A stretch of DNA of 61,654 nt, counting the filler, from Bipalium vagum (taxonomy: Eukaryota), in NCBI GenBank assembly GCA_037834085.1. It is 3 parts of 3 records of this genome, joined end to end, with 100 filler letters (N's around TTAATTAATTAA, not from the genome) between each part and the next. Parts side by side here need not be neighbours in the genome. Positions count along the whole stretch, not along the records: positions 1 to 22,319 come from JBBMKC010223121.1; 2 more parts are not named here. One strand, given 5' to 3'. Under the pieces are notes generated by a model. It saw nothing but the letters and a program-made list of their open reading frames with translations. It was not told where the DNA came from and did not search any database. Of this stretch, positions 1 through 12,140 are shown one piece after another. Each line of letters opens with the position of its first letter. The stretch's first letter is position 1. Position numbers and translations under genes: made by a program.

Positions 1-2
1 CA

Positions 3-41
3 AATGGCTATGATTGCGGACCTCTAGTTTGTGGTTATAGT
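3..41 (+). mobile_element. Ulp1/C48-type cysteine protease motif, probably the N-terminal part of NeSL-like element 1
   Basis: Reads NGYDCGPLVCGYS, matching the Ulp1 catalytic-Cys motif (Q-x-N-G-x-D-C-G). It parallels KDNGPLICGLM in element 2 and is on the same strand as the RT at 1510. Confidence 0.6.
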
Positions 42-44
42 ACT

Positions 45-600
45 TTCATTTCTTTTTTAGGCACAGAAAACGCCTTTTTTTTCAACAAAGATGAATTGGT
101 TTGCTACATCAGGAGCATAGTATCTTTATTCAACCTTCAAAATAAAAACTTTACAAATCTTGAAGGTTTCGGGAATAACTGTTCACTGAATATTGAAATT
201 CCCTTCATTCTCGAGTAATGGATCTCATCTTCCACTGTTACTGTTTTGTTGCCTCCGATTATTGACGCTGAATGTGATCTGAGTGTTGTACTTGTCAATG
301 CTTGTGTCACCAAAGACCTTCACGATTTAATTTGCTTTTTCCTTCTAGACAACCTTTGGCACATTCTCCATGTTTCTCCCTTAAGCAAAAAGTGTTATAT
401 CTTTAACACATATAACCACCTTTTGTCGGAAAGGATGGCTGCCTTTAGCAACAGATTTGCTTCATTTTGGAATTTCACTCCAAAGATTTCGTTTAGGCCT
501 ATTCATTGTGTTTTTTAAGCTAGTTCAAATGAATCCATAAACGACTTTAACAAATTTAAAATTGTCACGAATATCATCTGCAAATATCCCGTGACTTCAG
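45..600 (-). mobile_element. Degenerate hAT-like transposase C-terminal remnant, separating the protease motif from the RT of element 1
   Basis: Fragmentary minus-strand peptides LLKAAILSDKRW, VEDEIHYS and (FVE)KKAFS resemble hAT A-x-L-D-P-R and dimerisation motifs. Many stops. Confidence 0.3.
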
Positions 601-1509
601 ACGTTTTGGCCGTAGCGTATCGCAATACTTGTGTGCGGTACCAGAACACAGTCGTAGATAATGATCACTCCTCGAATTATTATGAGAGCAAAGATAACAA
701 TAATAATCTTAATTATTTTAATAATTTAAATAAAAATAATTGTAATTATATTAATAATCATAATAATGATACAAAAATCCTGGCAAATAATAAAAAAGAT
801 AAAGGTAGGGTGTCATCATATTCCATTTCGCCCGCTGTGACGAAAACGAGAAACACCAATTTTCTTTTATGCAATACCTCAATATCAAAGTCTTTTTCGA
901 ACACCTCAAACTTGGTGACAGGTAACTATATTCTTTTTGATAGCACTGCGTCCATATCAATTCTGGACGGTTGCACTGATTATATCTTGTCTTTTATTGA
1001 TCTGATTAGCATCACAAATGCCTCAGTAATTTTCATTTTATTCCGGCCTCCGTACTCTCACCAACTTATGCTTATCCTCGACTTCACAAAAGAGAGTTGC
1101 TTTATAATTAATCGAACTGGTTCTGTCAACTGCAGTACTGCCTGTTCTTTAACTGACAATTTGAAAGACTTTTTCTTCGACCTTTGAGGCAATAGGGAAA
1201 AGCTTGAGTTGAGTGATTGCCCTCTTCATGAAGGTCGTGGCTCTGGTTTATACTGGAACATCATTTTGTGTAGGATAATAGAAAATTATTCACATGGTCA
1301 GAAATTGATCGGGCTCAACCTTCATGCTATCTGCGAGACCATCCTCTCTTTCAAGACTCTTTCGAATTGTTCTACTGATATTGAACCTGCTCCTGCTGTT
1401 GCTTCCGGTTCTGAATCGAAGAGGTTAAGCTTAGCAAAAAACGTGAAAGAGCCAAAGAAATCTTATCCAAAATTATTGATTTTGACTTTGGCGTCGATGA
1501 AATTTTTGA

Positions 1510-4230
1510 CCTAATTCAGAGTTACTTTCCACTATTACCTGAAAGTATCACTCGTAAACTATATTTCGGTTCGACGTTTTTGCTAATAAGACCAACAGGA
1601 ACATGCTCAGAACCAATTTCAACAAAGATATGAAGAAGACCGTTAATAAAATCCTGAATGATGACGATGTTGACTCCAGACCATCCTTAGAAAAAATTAT
1701 TATTGAACATTTCACACACACTGTTCCGGTCAATCAGACTTGGTGGTTTGGTCTCTTTTGTAACTCGTAACTGGAAGCTGTAGTTAACACAACTCCTGGA
1801 TGTGATGGAATCACCTATAATAATTTGAAAAATATTGATCCTGACGGTCATATTCTTTCCTAGCTGTATAATAAAATAATAGAAAGTGGAAAACTGCCAT
1901 CTGCCTGGACCACTTTTAAGACCTCATTGGTTCCAAAGCCTGGAAAACATTTCCAATACCATCTCGTCTCAAATTGGAGACCCATTGCCTTGCTTTCCAC
2001 TGCATACAAGATCTTTGCAGCTATCCTTTGTCGTCGGCTCAGCTATTGGACTCTACAGAATAATTTTTTGTATTCGACTCAGAAGGGCGGTAGTGAGTAT
2101 GAAGGATGTGTCGAGTGTAATACAGTTCTGTCTGCAGCTCTGGAACACTCCAAATATTTGACTGACTATCCTATCTCGGTGGCATGATTGGATATCCAGG
2201 ATGCGTTTGGAAGCATCCCACATCAATATCTGTGGTCCCTTTTGCGACATATTGGTGTTGGTAACGGTGCTTGAGCTGTTCTACAACAACGTCAGCTTGG
2301 TTTATTCGTGTAGTCCCTTGCTAACTCCGAACCTTCCAATCCGGCGAGGTGTTAGACAAGGATGTCTACTTTCAATGTTGCTCTTTGCAATAGCTATAAA
2401 TCCAGTCATTGAATCGATCTCTTCTGCTCCTGTTCTGTCGTTTATGATTGGTAATTCACCAGTTAGAGTCTTGGCTTACGCTCATGACATTGCCATCATT
2501 GCTCGGAACTCATCTGACCTTCAAACTCTCATCGACACTGTTGTTTCCACCACTGAGTGGTCGGGCATGCACTACCGCCCTGAGAAATGTGCATTTCGCA
2601 ATTCACCGAATGATGGGATGCGTAGTGTCATCTCCATCTATAATGTTCCATCAAAAAATTATCTGAAAATGACTTTTACCAACATTTGGGCGTTCGGGGT
2701 TGACATCGATCAGTCACCATATGAGACCTTGAACAAAATTCTTATTGATCTTGAAAAAATTGCAAATTCCGAATTACACGGGTGGCAAAAATCTAAGTCA
2801 TCTAAAATCTTCCTGCCCTCCCGCCTTGTGTTCCCGTTTAGAACAAGAGAAGTTAAAATTAGTTCTCTTGAACAGTCATCCGATAATTCTGCTGAAAATG
2901 AGAATAAGAGCTTTAAGATCCGAGTATATATTAACATAATACTTAACCTTCCAAAATACGCAGAAACAAATTATTTATATTCATCTGTTGAAGACGGTGG
3001 AGCCGGATTAACAGACATACACGATGCATATTCCATCCAGTCTCTCGTTCAAGGATTCGTCTTCTCACCACTCCTTGCTATTTAACTTTTAAAATCATCT
3101 CTGCTTTGCTTTGTTTGGTTGCTTCAACAAGACTGAAATCCAAGTCCAAGGCTATTTCGACTTGTCTGGAATGGATCAATGGCAGTCACACTTTTAAAAA
3201 TAATAAATCAAAAAAATCATGGTGGTATAGCATCCGACACGCCATTTCAAACTTCAGAAAAGCACATAACATCCTTGCTTCTTTTGAATACGTGAAAGGA
3301 GAATTCCAACTCCACTGCACATCTTACACTAGAAGCACCTCAATCTGTTCTCCACAAAACCGCAAAAAGATCTCACGGATCCTTCATTTATATGTCCATA
3401 GCTCCTATGGATCCAAATGGTTAAACAGCAAACAGAGAAATCTCCTTGCTGAAACCGTGAAACTGAGCCCAATGGTAAAAAAGTTCATTTTCAGTGGGGG
3501 ACTTGGTTCCTTTGGGTTCAATTTCATTCACAAGGCACGGACCAACTTGTTACCAACGTGTTCTAGATTTCCCGATGAAGACACGAAATCCAAACTCTGC
3601 AGGCGCTACAACCAAGAGGAAGAAACAATGAAGCACGCCTTGCAATCCTGTCTCCCAAACAGAACTTTATCTAATGATAGACACAACAACTGCCTCAAAA
3701 TTATCTATGAACCCCTACAGACTCCATCTTTAATCGTTGTGATGAACAAGAGATGCGCACTGCTTCCAAACCCACTTGATCGTGTTGGCTTGATGATCAC
3801 AGATACATTGAAAAAGATCATCTTCCTGGTTGATATCAAATTCCCGATTGATATGTTACAAACATTCAAGGGGCTGATGATAGAAACCTATCAAAATATG
3901 TCAACCTACAAAAAGAACTGAAAAAACTTAAACCAGACCACAAAATCGGATCTCTAGGTACAGTTCCTCCAGAAACCATCAAACTGTTGGTGAAAATCGG
4001 ATTCCCAAAAAAGTAAGTCATCAAGACCCTGAAACAGTGCGCCATCTGCAACATCGAGTTCTCAACCAAAATATGAACTATCATACCACCCGTGTCCTTC
4101 GATTAGACTTTTAACGATATTGTCACAAATTGTAAATATTTCCGCCTATGTATATTGATATTTATCATAATAACATAACTTATTATTTTATGCATTATAA
4201 TGATTATTAAAAAAAATTTTTAAAAAAATT
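1510..4230 (+). mobile_element. Non-LTR retrotransposon with restriction-like endonuclease, NeSL/R5-like (element 1), disrupted
   Basis: RT motifs across frameshifted ORFs: TPGCDGITY, NWRPIALLSTAYKIFAAIL, QKG..GC.E, LDIQDAFGSIPH, RGVRQGCLLSMLLF, LAYAHDI. C-terminus has FIHKARTNLLP, a CRR..EETMKHALQSC knuckle, RHN and FLVDIKFP. An A-rich tail follows near 4210-4240. Confidence 0.92.
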
Positions 4231-4249
4231 AAAAATAGAAAACATCTGT

Positions 4250-4630
4250 TAATTGCACAGTCCATCATTTCAATGACCTTCTTTCTTACCAAATGAAGCA
4301 AATTAAAAGGACAATCAACTCTACGACTACTCAATTGCCGAGGACCAAAAAAAAATTAACTGCCCATCAATCTGTGATACCCTCAACGGGCGATATCTTC
4401 CTGCGATGAAAGCCGGAGCACTATCAAACAGAGTACATTCGCGCAATGCCGATCACCAGTAGAACAAGTCTAGGATCCATGCAGATCCAATATCATTCCT
4501 GTACAAAACTTATAAACTTATTTCGTGAAATAAATCTTTACAATTAAGAATTTTGATTCATTATCTCTCTAAATTTGTTGATATTCGGGTACACAGACGT
4601 TTCCACACCTAAAACGTGGAATTCTCCAAG
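4250..4630 (-). pseudogene. GPCR paralog fragment (ectodomain piece plus TM1-TM2), abutting the 3' end of element 1
   Basis: LVLLVIGIA/ANVLCLIVLR (TM1 with conserved Asn, one frameshift) and VVVELIVLLICFIW. 4545-4600 (SVYPNINKFREI) matches 19100-19160 (SDYPNVHKFREI) of GPCR copy B. Confidence 0.55.
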
Positions 4631-4663
4631 TATTATAAATTCTAAAATAAATTGTCTTTATTG

Positions 4664-4665
<2 letters not shown>

Positions 4666-4727
<62 letters not shown>
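4666..4727. repeat. (TTA)n microsatellite
   Basis: About 20 perfect TTA units. Confidence 0.98.
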
Positions 4728-4730
<3 letters not shown>

Positions 4731-5149
4731 GCTCATTAATGGCTTATTAATTGTACTTTCAGCTACGTCAGTGTCAAATGTAAGTCCCTTTTACTTTCAT
4801 CCTTCCTTATTTATCATCTCTGAAAATGTCTCACTGATATCGTCAATATATTTTTTATGGACAATGGTATAAACATTCCATTTTGTCCAACATTGGCATT
4901 CGGCATCCAGAGGGATTCTTGTATTTGTAGCACTCTCTTTGGAATCGAAGTAGTAAATAACCCATGAGGATTCCGAACGAAAAATTTTTGTTAATATTAT
5001 TAAAAAATCTTAAATTGTGATTTGATCATGTACGTTTTATACAAATAATTTAGAAATATGGTTCACCTGATGGGCTGAAATCTCACTTGCGAAGTTTTAT
5101 TGTATAAAGTAGAAATACGTATACCAAATGTTTTTATACTTACTTACAA

Positions 5150-5400
5150 ATCTCTTTCTTTCTTTCTCTTTCTTTTGCTTTTTCTCGAAATTGTAGGAGG
5201 CTTAGTTTTAAGGTTTTTTAAAATTACTTCTATCTCAGCACAATCCATACTGTTTGTGGACTGACAGCAGTGTCAAGAGATTCATTTAGCTTCTTGGCAA
5301 TGTGGTTGGCCTGGTCTATCTAGCGTTTTTTTTTATTTATTTCGAGCGATTGACCACCTTTGTGTATTGGGTGCTTTATATTTTTATGAATATTTCGAGA
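5150..5400 (-). mobile_element. Tc1-like transposase HTH fragment
   Basis: HIAKKLNESLDTAVSPQTVWIVL resembles the second Tc1 HTH. A Tc1-like TIR (TA|CAGTGCGCGTAAAACGTCTGTTCACCCCCT) starts near 5436. Confidence 0.45.
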
Positions 5401-5505
5401 AATCACTCCAATACTCATATTGCATTTTATATATACAGTGCGCGTAAAACGTCTGTTCACCCCCTATGGAAAATACTAATTTTAATTGTGTTAGTTGAAA
5501 AAAAT

Positions 5506-5526
5506 CGGAGATACCGGGATTCAAAC
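5506..5526 (-). tRNA. 3' fragment (T-loop to acceptor end) of a tRNA-Ala-like sequence
   Basis: GTTTGAATCCCGGTATCTCCG is 20/21 identical to 11892-11912 and is followed by the same TTTTCA(A)CTAACA trailer. Confidence 0.75.
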
Positions 5527-8500
5527 GAACAAAATTGTATTTTCACAACAAGTGTTTACATATAATTGAATATAAATCAATTAAACATTTCTGTGAGCCT
5601 GGTATGGTATTTTAATATTAATATTAGATTAGTTTTTCATTACAGTTAGTCAGATTTTCTCCGTCATCATTGTCTGTATGATTTTGTGATTCATCATTGG
5701 CAATATCGCCCAATTCGGATTGAGTCATCTTCTACTTTCCGACATTCCGATGAAAATTCCATTGCGTTGCGCTCCACTTGATATTCGAAGATACACAGAA
5801 TTTTCTGATTTCTGTTGATTCGCTTTTTGAGAACTGCAGATTTTTCAGAATTTCGTCGTTCCGCGTATCCCATGATCCGAGACATCCAACGGCAAAAGTA
5901 TCCAGCATGATTGTTCATTGTGACAAGACCATTTTTGTTTTGTTGAGCAGATCTTCATAATGTCGGTGATTTTTCTCATGATTCCAAAACATGTTGTTTT
6001 CGGTGTCATAAGGGCATTTGATGTCTATGAGAAGAAGACGTTTTTGATTTGTGAATTCGACTTAAAGACCCACTCATTGCGTAGAGTTTATATATTGAAT
6101 CTCTGCGTTGAGAAACACTTTAGCCGTTGTGTTTGGTTTGATCTGTTCCACGAGATAGTCTTGGATTGTATTGTGACTAATGTTCTGAAATATTTTCGAC
6201 TGATCACAGCCAACGAGAACATACGATAAAGTTTCCTCTGGTTCATCACATCTTTGGCATCCTCTGAATGATGATCCGTGTCGAGCATGGATTTGAATAG
6301 AATAGGATCTGGCGCTATGTATGAATTACCATGCAGAAATGGATATTTCACCATTGCATATAGGTCTTGTGAAGATGGATAATTGACCAATTGAAGACGC
6401 GAAACGACCAGCACTGGATTGATTATTCCAGTTGAAGTTCCATGAATGATCAATTAGATGATGAAGAATTTTGAAAATCAACTTGGCATCCTTTAGTTTC
6501 ACAAAAGCTTCATTTTTATAATCTGGGTTGAGTTGTTGGAAAACTTTGAGGCAAATTCCATTTTCGTTCAGTTAAAATTTGACAGATATCTTGTGTCTCC
6601 TTTGCAATTGATTAATTGCGAAACGAGTTTTTCCTCACCAACAATTCTTATGACATTGAATATCTCCAAGATTTAGCCATTCGAAAGCCTGTTCAACTGA
6701 AATCTTCTCTCTCACACCTGGATCAAAAGTGGCAGAGATTAGAGAAGAAACTGACATGTGTCGGATATTTTGAACAGCTGGAACACACTTGCGATCGATT
6801 GAACCAAATATTCATCAGCACCCGAAATAACACCAGCTCCACCAAATGATTTTGGCGTGTAGATATATTTTAAGGAAGACCGAATACCAAGACCAAGAAT
6901 ATTTTTCAAAAGACGACGAATATTTGGTTCTAAGTAATATAGTTATTCCGAAAAGCTAATATCACTCGAGAATGAATGAAGACTTGATGTGCATTCAATT
7001 TCTGCCAAGGATATAGATTGCTTTCAGAGATAACCTTCAACTAATGAATGATTTCTGCAAACAGTGATCTCGGTGGAGAATGGAGATTTTCACAGAAATC
7101 AACGCCCAAATATCGGTACGTTTCATCAATATTCAGTTTGCAGATTGAAGAATCACCAATTTTCAAAGAGTATGCATTTTCCACCTGCGGAATACGGAGA
7201 AAAGCACACTTTGAAGGCCGAAATTTCAAGTGTAGCCAAGATGATATCTGAACTGCGCGATCCAGAAGCTCTTGCATGTGTGGACGACTGGTAGCTAAAA
7301 GTACTAAATTATTCGCATAAGCAAGCGCACTCAACCGATATTTACGAATCAGTACACCACCGCTCAACACTCGATCAATACTATTTAATGTCGGATTCAT
7401 ACCAACATTAAATAACAACATTGAATGTGGACACCCCTGTCGAACGCCAACGTTGATTACAATAGGCTCAGTAATAACATTGCCGCACATGAAATATGAT
7501 TGACAATCACTATACAGAGCATGATCGAGAGCCCACACCCATTTGCCGGAGACAACCAGTAATGAAGAAAATATCGATACTGCCGAAAGAGTCAGCAACA
7601 GCGAGAAAAGCAATATGCAAAGGCATATTCAATTCTCGACGATATCGATCAATCAGATCGCGAAGAACGAAATTATTTTCAGAACAACCGTTGAACGACC
7701 AAGACATTTTTGCATTGGATGCAAAAGATTATTAGCATTCAGTCAGTCAGAAAGTTGTGAAGTTAAAGAAAAAGCGAATATTTTATATGCACATTCAAAA
7801 GAAGCAATTGGTCGCTAAGAGTTTATATCACCATATCTCCTCTTTTCATGGGCTTTGGAATAAGAAGTGTAGAAAAAGATTCCAGCAAGATGGAGAACAA
7901 AAATTTTCCAAAACTCTATTAAATAAAAGAACATGTATTTCCAAAAGTGGATCACAATACTTGATGTCAGAATATGTGAGCCGAATAAAAGGAGCCGAAT
8001 TCTTATATGACTTTAGAAAATCCTTCAATGTCTCACATTTAATTGCGTGAAAATGAAATGGAGTGCCTTCATTTCCTTCGAAGATTGATCAGTCACATGG
8101 AAGAGGATTTACTGATTTTTTATTATAATACTTATTAATATCATCCAATGATAGAGTAAAGTCAGCAACTGTTTTATCAACAATAATTTTAAAAGCAGTC
8201 GAATGAGTGAATCTATACATTTTTCTCAGATTTATATCAGTTGAAGATCTGTTACCGGATGATCTACAGAGAAAGAGATTTTTCTCTTTTATCTGTCGCA
8301 TTTCATAAATGTAGTTTACAACCTTGAGATCAAGTTCATCATTTGAAGAATTGTGGTCAGTACATTCAGAGACGAGATTAGCAGTCATTCATACTCTATC
8401 AACAAAGGTGCTTTGAGATGATACAAAAGAACGAACTTTTCCTAACTTTCCTGGTATCGATGAAGATTTTAAGAGCCAAATCGCATTCGATCTGATTATA

Positions 8501-8760
8501 TCACAATTGATGTTGAACAATGGACGAGAGTTAGCAATAGTCCACATCAGTCCACAAATAAGAGGTCCATTATCTTTTTTAGACTTCATTTTAACGAAAT
8601 TTAATTCAAACAGAACAATGTCATCAATTTAGCAATTGATTCAACTGATGAAAGGAGATCAGTTGTTGACATTTCCTTACACAAATCAAGGTAGTACACG
8701 TTTTTTTTTCGGAACATCACAAACAAAAAGTGTCCAATAGTTCTCATTGTGATCAAATTT
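5527..8760 (-). mobile_element. Non-LTR retrotransposon with Ulp1-like protease, RT, Zn knuckle and RLE, NeSL/R5-like (element 2), disrupted
   Basis: Protease: HNENYWTLFVCD..(V)YYLD and KDNGPLICGLM (8540-8755). RT: LHIAFLAVADSFGSI, GVRQGCPHSMLLFN, LAYANNLVL. Knuckle: CQRCDEPEETLSYVLVGC..HN. RLE: LLIDIKCPYD and AVGCLGSW. 3' UTR runs to about 5527. Confidence 0.92.
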
Positions 8761-9269
8761 TTTTTTATTTTTCTCAAATGATATTACCTTTAATTTTAAA
8801 AAAAATAATGTAATAAAGTTTTATGAATTAAAAATTTTTATTTATCAAAAAGGAAGAAATGCTTATGCGGTGACAGAAAAAGTGCTCATTTGAAGTGTAT
8901 AAATATTCGTGTTTGTGTATAAATACAATGACGTCTATATGTTTACATTCATCCTATAAAAATGCAAATAAATGTAGATTAAGAATTATATTAAAAATTT
9001 TATGAATTGTACTATTTCAATTTACTTGCATTTTCATGTCAGCTGTATAATCCATTAAAAAATATTATTAATATTGAGTTGTTTACAAGTGGTAAATTAC
9101 ATTTTTTATAAAATTCCTTTTTTAAAATTTGTAATTAATTAAAATGTATAAACTATTTTGACGTTTTCAGTAATTTAATAAATAAAAACTATAATTATAA
9201 TATTTTACTCATTGTTACCTGATATATTTTTATAGTTTTAGAAATATTTTGGTTAAAAATGACTTAGTT

Positions 9270-9900
9270 ATCGATGGATAATAGAAAACTAGTTATTGAA
9301 AGGCGGTTGATCTCAGAGAAAAATTCTAGGTAATATTTTACGGCATGCGGTACACTAAAAGTGGTCGTAATCCGGAAAAAAACTCAGACATCTGAAAGAT
9401 TACTAGTTTTTTTTCGAAGGAAATTTTAAGAATACATTACATCAATTTTAGCTTGATTCAGAATCAAGTCACATTTCTTCAGGAATTATGGCTTGTTTGA
9501 CCAGATTGAAGAACAGAAGACATACCAAGAATCGTTAAAAGTGGTGCACAATATTGCAAATTACTTCCTTTTGGAATGAGGTCATTGTCACTAACGAATG
9601 TAGGTTAGAACAGTTCTCCAGAAAAAAGGAAATAGGTTCACAGATCACAAGAATTCACACAGTCAACATTTTACCAAAAGAACTTTGAATTTCTTAGGTA
9701 AGTGTTCAATAATTTGTGTAAAAGAAGATGGCATCAGAATTCTAAAAAGGTGGCTGATCATTTGGATTCTTTTGCCTATCACGACGTATTAAAGACAAAA
9801 ATGCTACCGATATATGAGCCACAACATATATTTCAGGAAGAATTCTTTTTTTTCTTTGCTTTGGACTGTCATGGAATGATTGCCCCCTGAATTTGATACG
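9270..9900 (+). mobile_element. Tc1-like transposase remnant
   Basis: WNEVIVTNECRL (first catalytic-D region) and LDSFAYHDVLKTKMLPIYEPQHIFQ. Confidence 0.6.
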
Positions 9901-10084
9901 ATTACCTTGGCACTTTTTCTTCTCTAAGAGGAATTTCTACCAGCCAATCATCGTCGAGGATTCTTTCTCTTCTAAAATTGCTGCTGCTTCAGGTAGTTAT
10001 TATGTCAGTGAAGAAAACCTAAAAAGTTATTTTAATCTGGTATATTCTAAGCGTTTTAATGTGTTTTTTGGATTCTTTGGAAAT

Positions 10085-10235
10085 GTATTGTGTGGATCAA
10101 TCATCAAACTTAGCGAACCATTCATAGTCTGTTCTATCCGAAATAGTATCCGCTCCATAAACGGTATTAATCTTTTTAGTTATCTGTGTAGCATTTTTAC
10201 CTTTCAAGACATAAAATGTCATTACATGTTTTATC
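10085..10235 (-). mobile_element. mariner transposase N-terminal HTH fragment
   Basis: HVMTFYVLKGKNATQITKKINTVYGADTISDRTDYEWFAKF. Confidence 0.8.
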
Positions 10236-10249
10236 ACTGATATTAAAAA

Positions 10250-12140
10250 CTGATGCCAAATAAACTGAACAATTTCCTGATAAATTTGAATTCTCTTTAA
10301 TAATGTCTTTCTGTTCATGGTCATTGATGTATGAAGGTCTGTCAGGGAGTGGTACATCTTCGAGTGATTAATAACCTTTGCTAAATCTTGCACACCACTT
10401 CTAGGCTGCAATTTTTCCCTCAATCTTCATGGATTTCGTTTTGTGCACCATGTTTACTTATTCATTTTTCCAATATTACTCTTCGAATTGTTTCCTCATT
10501 CTGTTTCATTATCGACGTTAATGAAATGTAACTGATCGACTGATCTATAATAGACAGTATGTATCGTAACTCGATACATTCAGCTCTTGTTTTTTGAAAT
10601 CCATATTTTTCCTTCGACCGTTTTCACCAGACCACCTTCCAAAAAACAAAATGTAATTGTCTTTTCAATAACGTCTTTAATCTGATCGATTTTATTTTTC
10701 ATTATACACTAAGAACATGTACCGTACGTTTTTCTCAATAACTTGTCTGCATTCGTGTGCTCAATTGCTTTTCTGTATTTAAGCTCCATAACAAGACTGC
10801 TGAGATAGTTTATCAACGTCTGAAATTGTGAAGTTATTGGTTTTGTCGTCTTGAACATGCACTCTATTGCTTTGTTATCTGTTCTAACTAGAAATTTTTC
10901 CCCAGACAAGTAATGCTTAAAATTGTTACAAAAGTAATAGTTTGTTAATATATCCTTTCTTGTTATTCAATATCCTTTTTCATGAATGTTCATTGCATGT
11001 GATCCATACGCGATCACTCTTTCTTTTCTATTATTGTCTGTCTCTGATAACACTACTCCAATCGCTTCAAAACTGACATCAGTATCTAATATAAACGCAT
11101 TTATAATGTCTGGAAAAGTTAGCACTGGCGTTTTTGTTAGGGACTCTTTCATTTCTTGGAAGTCTACATTGACTGCTTCGGTCCATACTAAATTTCCATT
11201 GTTCTTCCCACACAATTGTTCTAAAACTCTAGATTTTTGTGCATACCCATCTTGAATTTTTTAAGCATTTTGGCGTGTCAAAGGTTCGGATTGCCTCAAT
11301 TGTTGCTGGGTTGGATTTAATTTCTTGTTTGTCAATTACATGTCCTACAAATGTGACTTTTATTCTTAGTAGATTGCATTTCACTGGATTCACTCTTGCT
11401 AATTTTATCCTTTTAGCACTTCATTTAATATGGCTTAATGATGAGGAGGCTAATCAGACCTGGGGAATTTTTTAATTATTTTAATTATTTATTTTAAATA
11501 TTTTAATTTTTTTGAAATATTTAAAAAGTAGGATTTAAATTTTAAAAAAAACTTGTATTAAAAATTTAATAAAAAGAAAAGAAATTACCAGGTTTGAGAT
11601 AATTTGTTTAAATATTACTTGTTATATCACTTCATAAAATATATTCAAAATGTCTTCTATTTCTGATTGCAAACCAATTGATATTAACATGTCGACTACA
11701 CCAGGACACCAACCAACGGACGAGGTCTCGGAAGTTAAAATGTAAAGGCATTGAATGAAGATAAAAGTAAAGAGACTCAGGGCGGTTAAGGGTATCGTTG
11801 TGAGGTTTAAAGGAGGGGGATGTGAGATATATTGAAAATTAGTCGGGGGAAGTAGCTCAGCGGTCATTGCATGCGCATGTAAAGGTCCCGGGTTCGAATC
11901 CCGGTATCTCCGAATAATTTTCACTAACATGGCGACCACGCCACTTTTTTATAATCATAATATCATCTAAATAGACCATCGTAGTTTTTAAATTTCCTGT
12001 AACCTTCGTCATTAGCTCTTGAAAAGTTCCCAGAGCAGCGGCTATACAAAAAGGCAGTCTTGTGAAGAAAAATTGTCCTTCTTTTGTTGAAAGCTCTGTT
12101 TTTCTTGTGAATCCGTCGTCATTTCAACTTTCATCCCATC
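10250..12140 (-). mobile_element. Ty3/gypsy pol remnant (RT-RNase H), split by an insertion at about 11442-11944
   Basis: EKTELSTKEGQFFFTRLPF...VYLDDIMI (11950-12125), continuing LNEVLKRIK..VTFVGHVI (below 11430), TPVLTFPD..FILDTDVS..IAYGS and FLVRTDNKA..HTNAD. Confidence 0.9.
11846..11912 (+). tRNA. tRNA-Ala-like pseudogene or tRNA-derived repeat
   Basis: GGGGAAG TAGCTCAG A-box, GGTTCGAATCCC B-box, perfect T-stem, and the G3:U70 alanine identity pair. The D-arm 3' strand (AGAG) is missing and the anticodon loop is 6 nt, so it is not a canonical functional tRNA. T-runs lie downstream. Confidence 0.8.

Noticed and set aside
591-1187. 198-aa ORF
   Set aside because: Low-complexity Asn-rich frame with a GTG start and no recognisable motifs. 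Likely incidental.
8644-8670. CTGATGA hammerhead core near the 5' part of element 2
   Set aside because: There is no properly placed GAAA or stems, and it lies within the protease coding region on the opposite strand.
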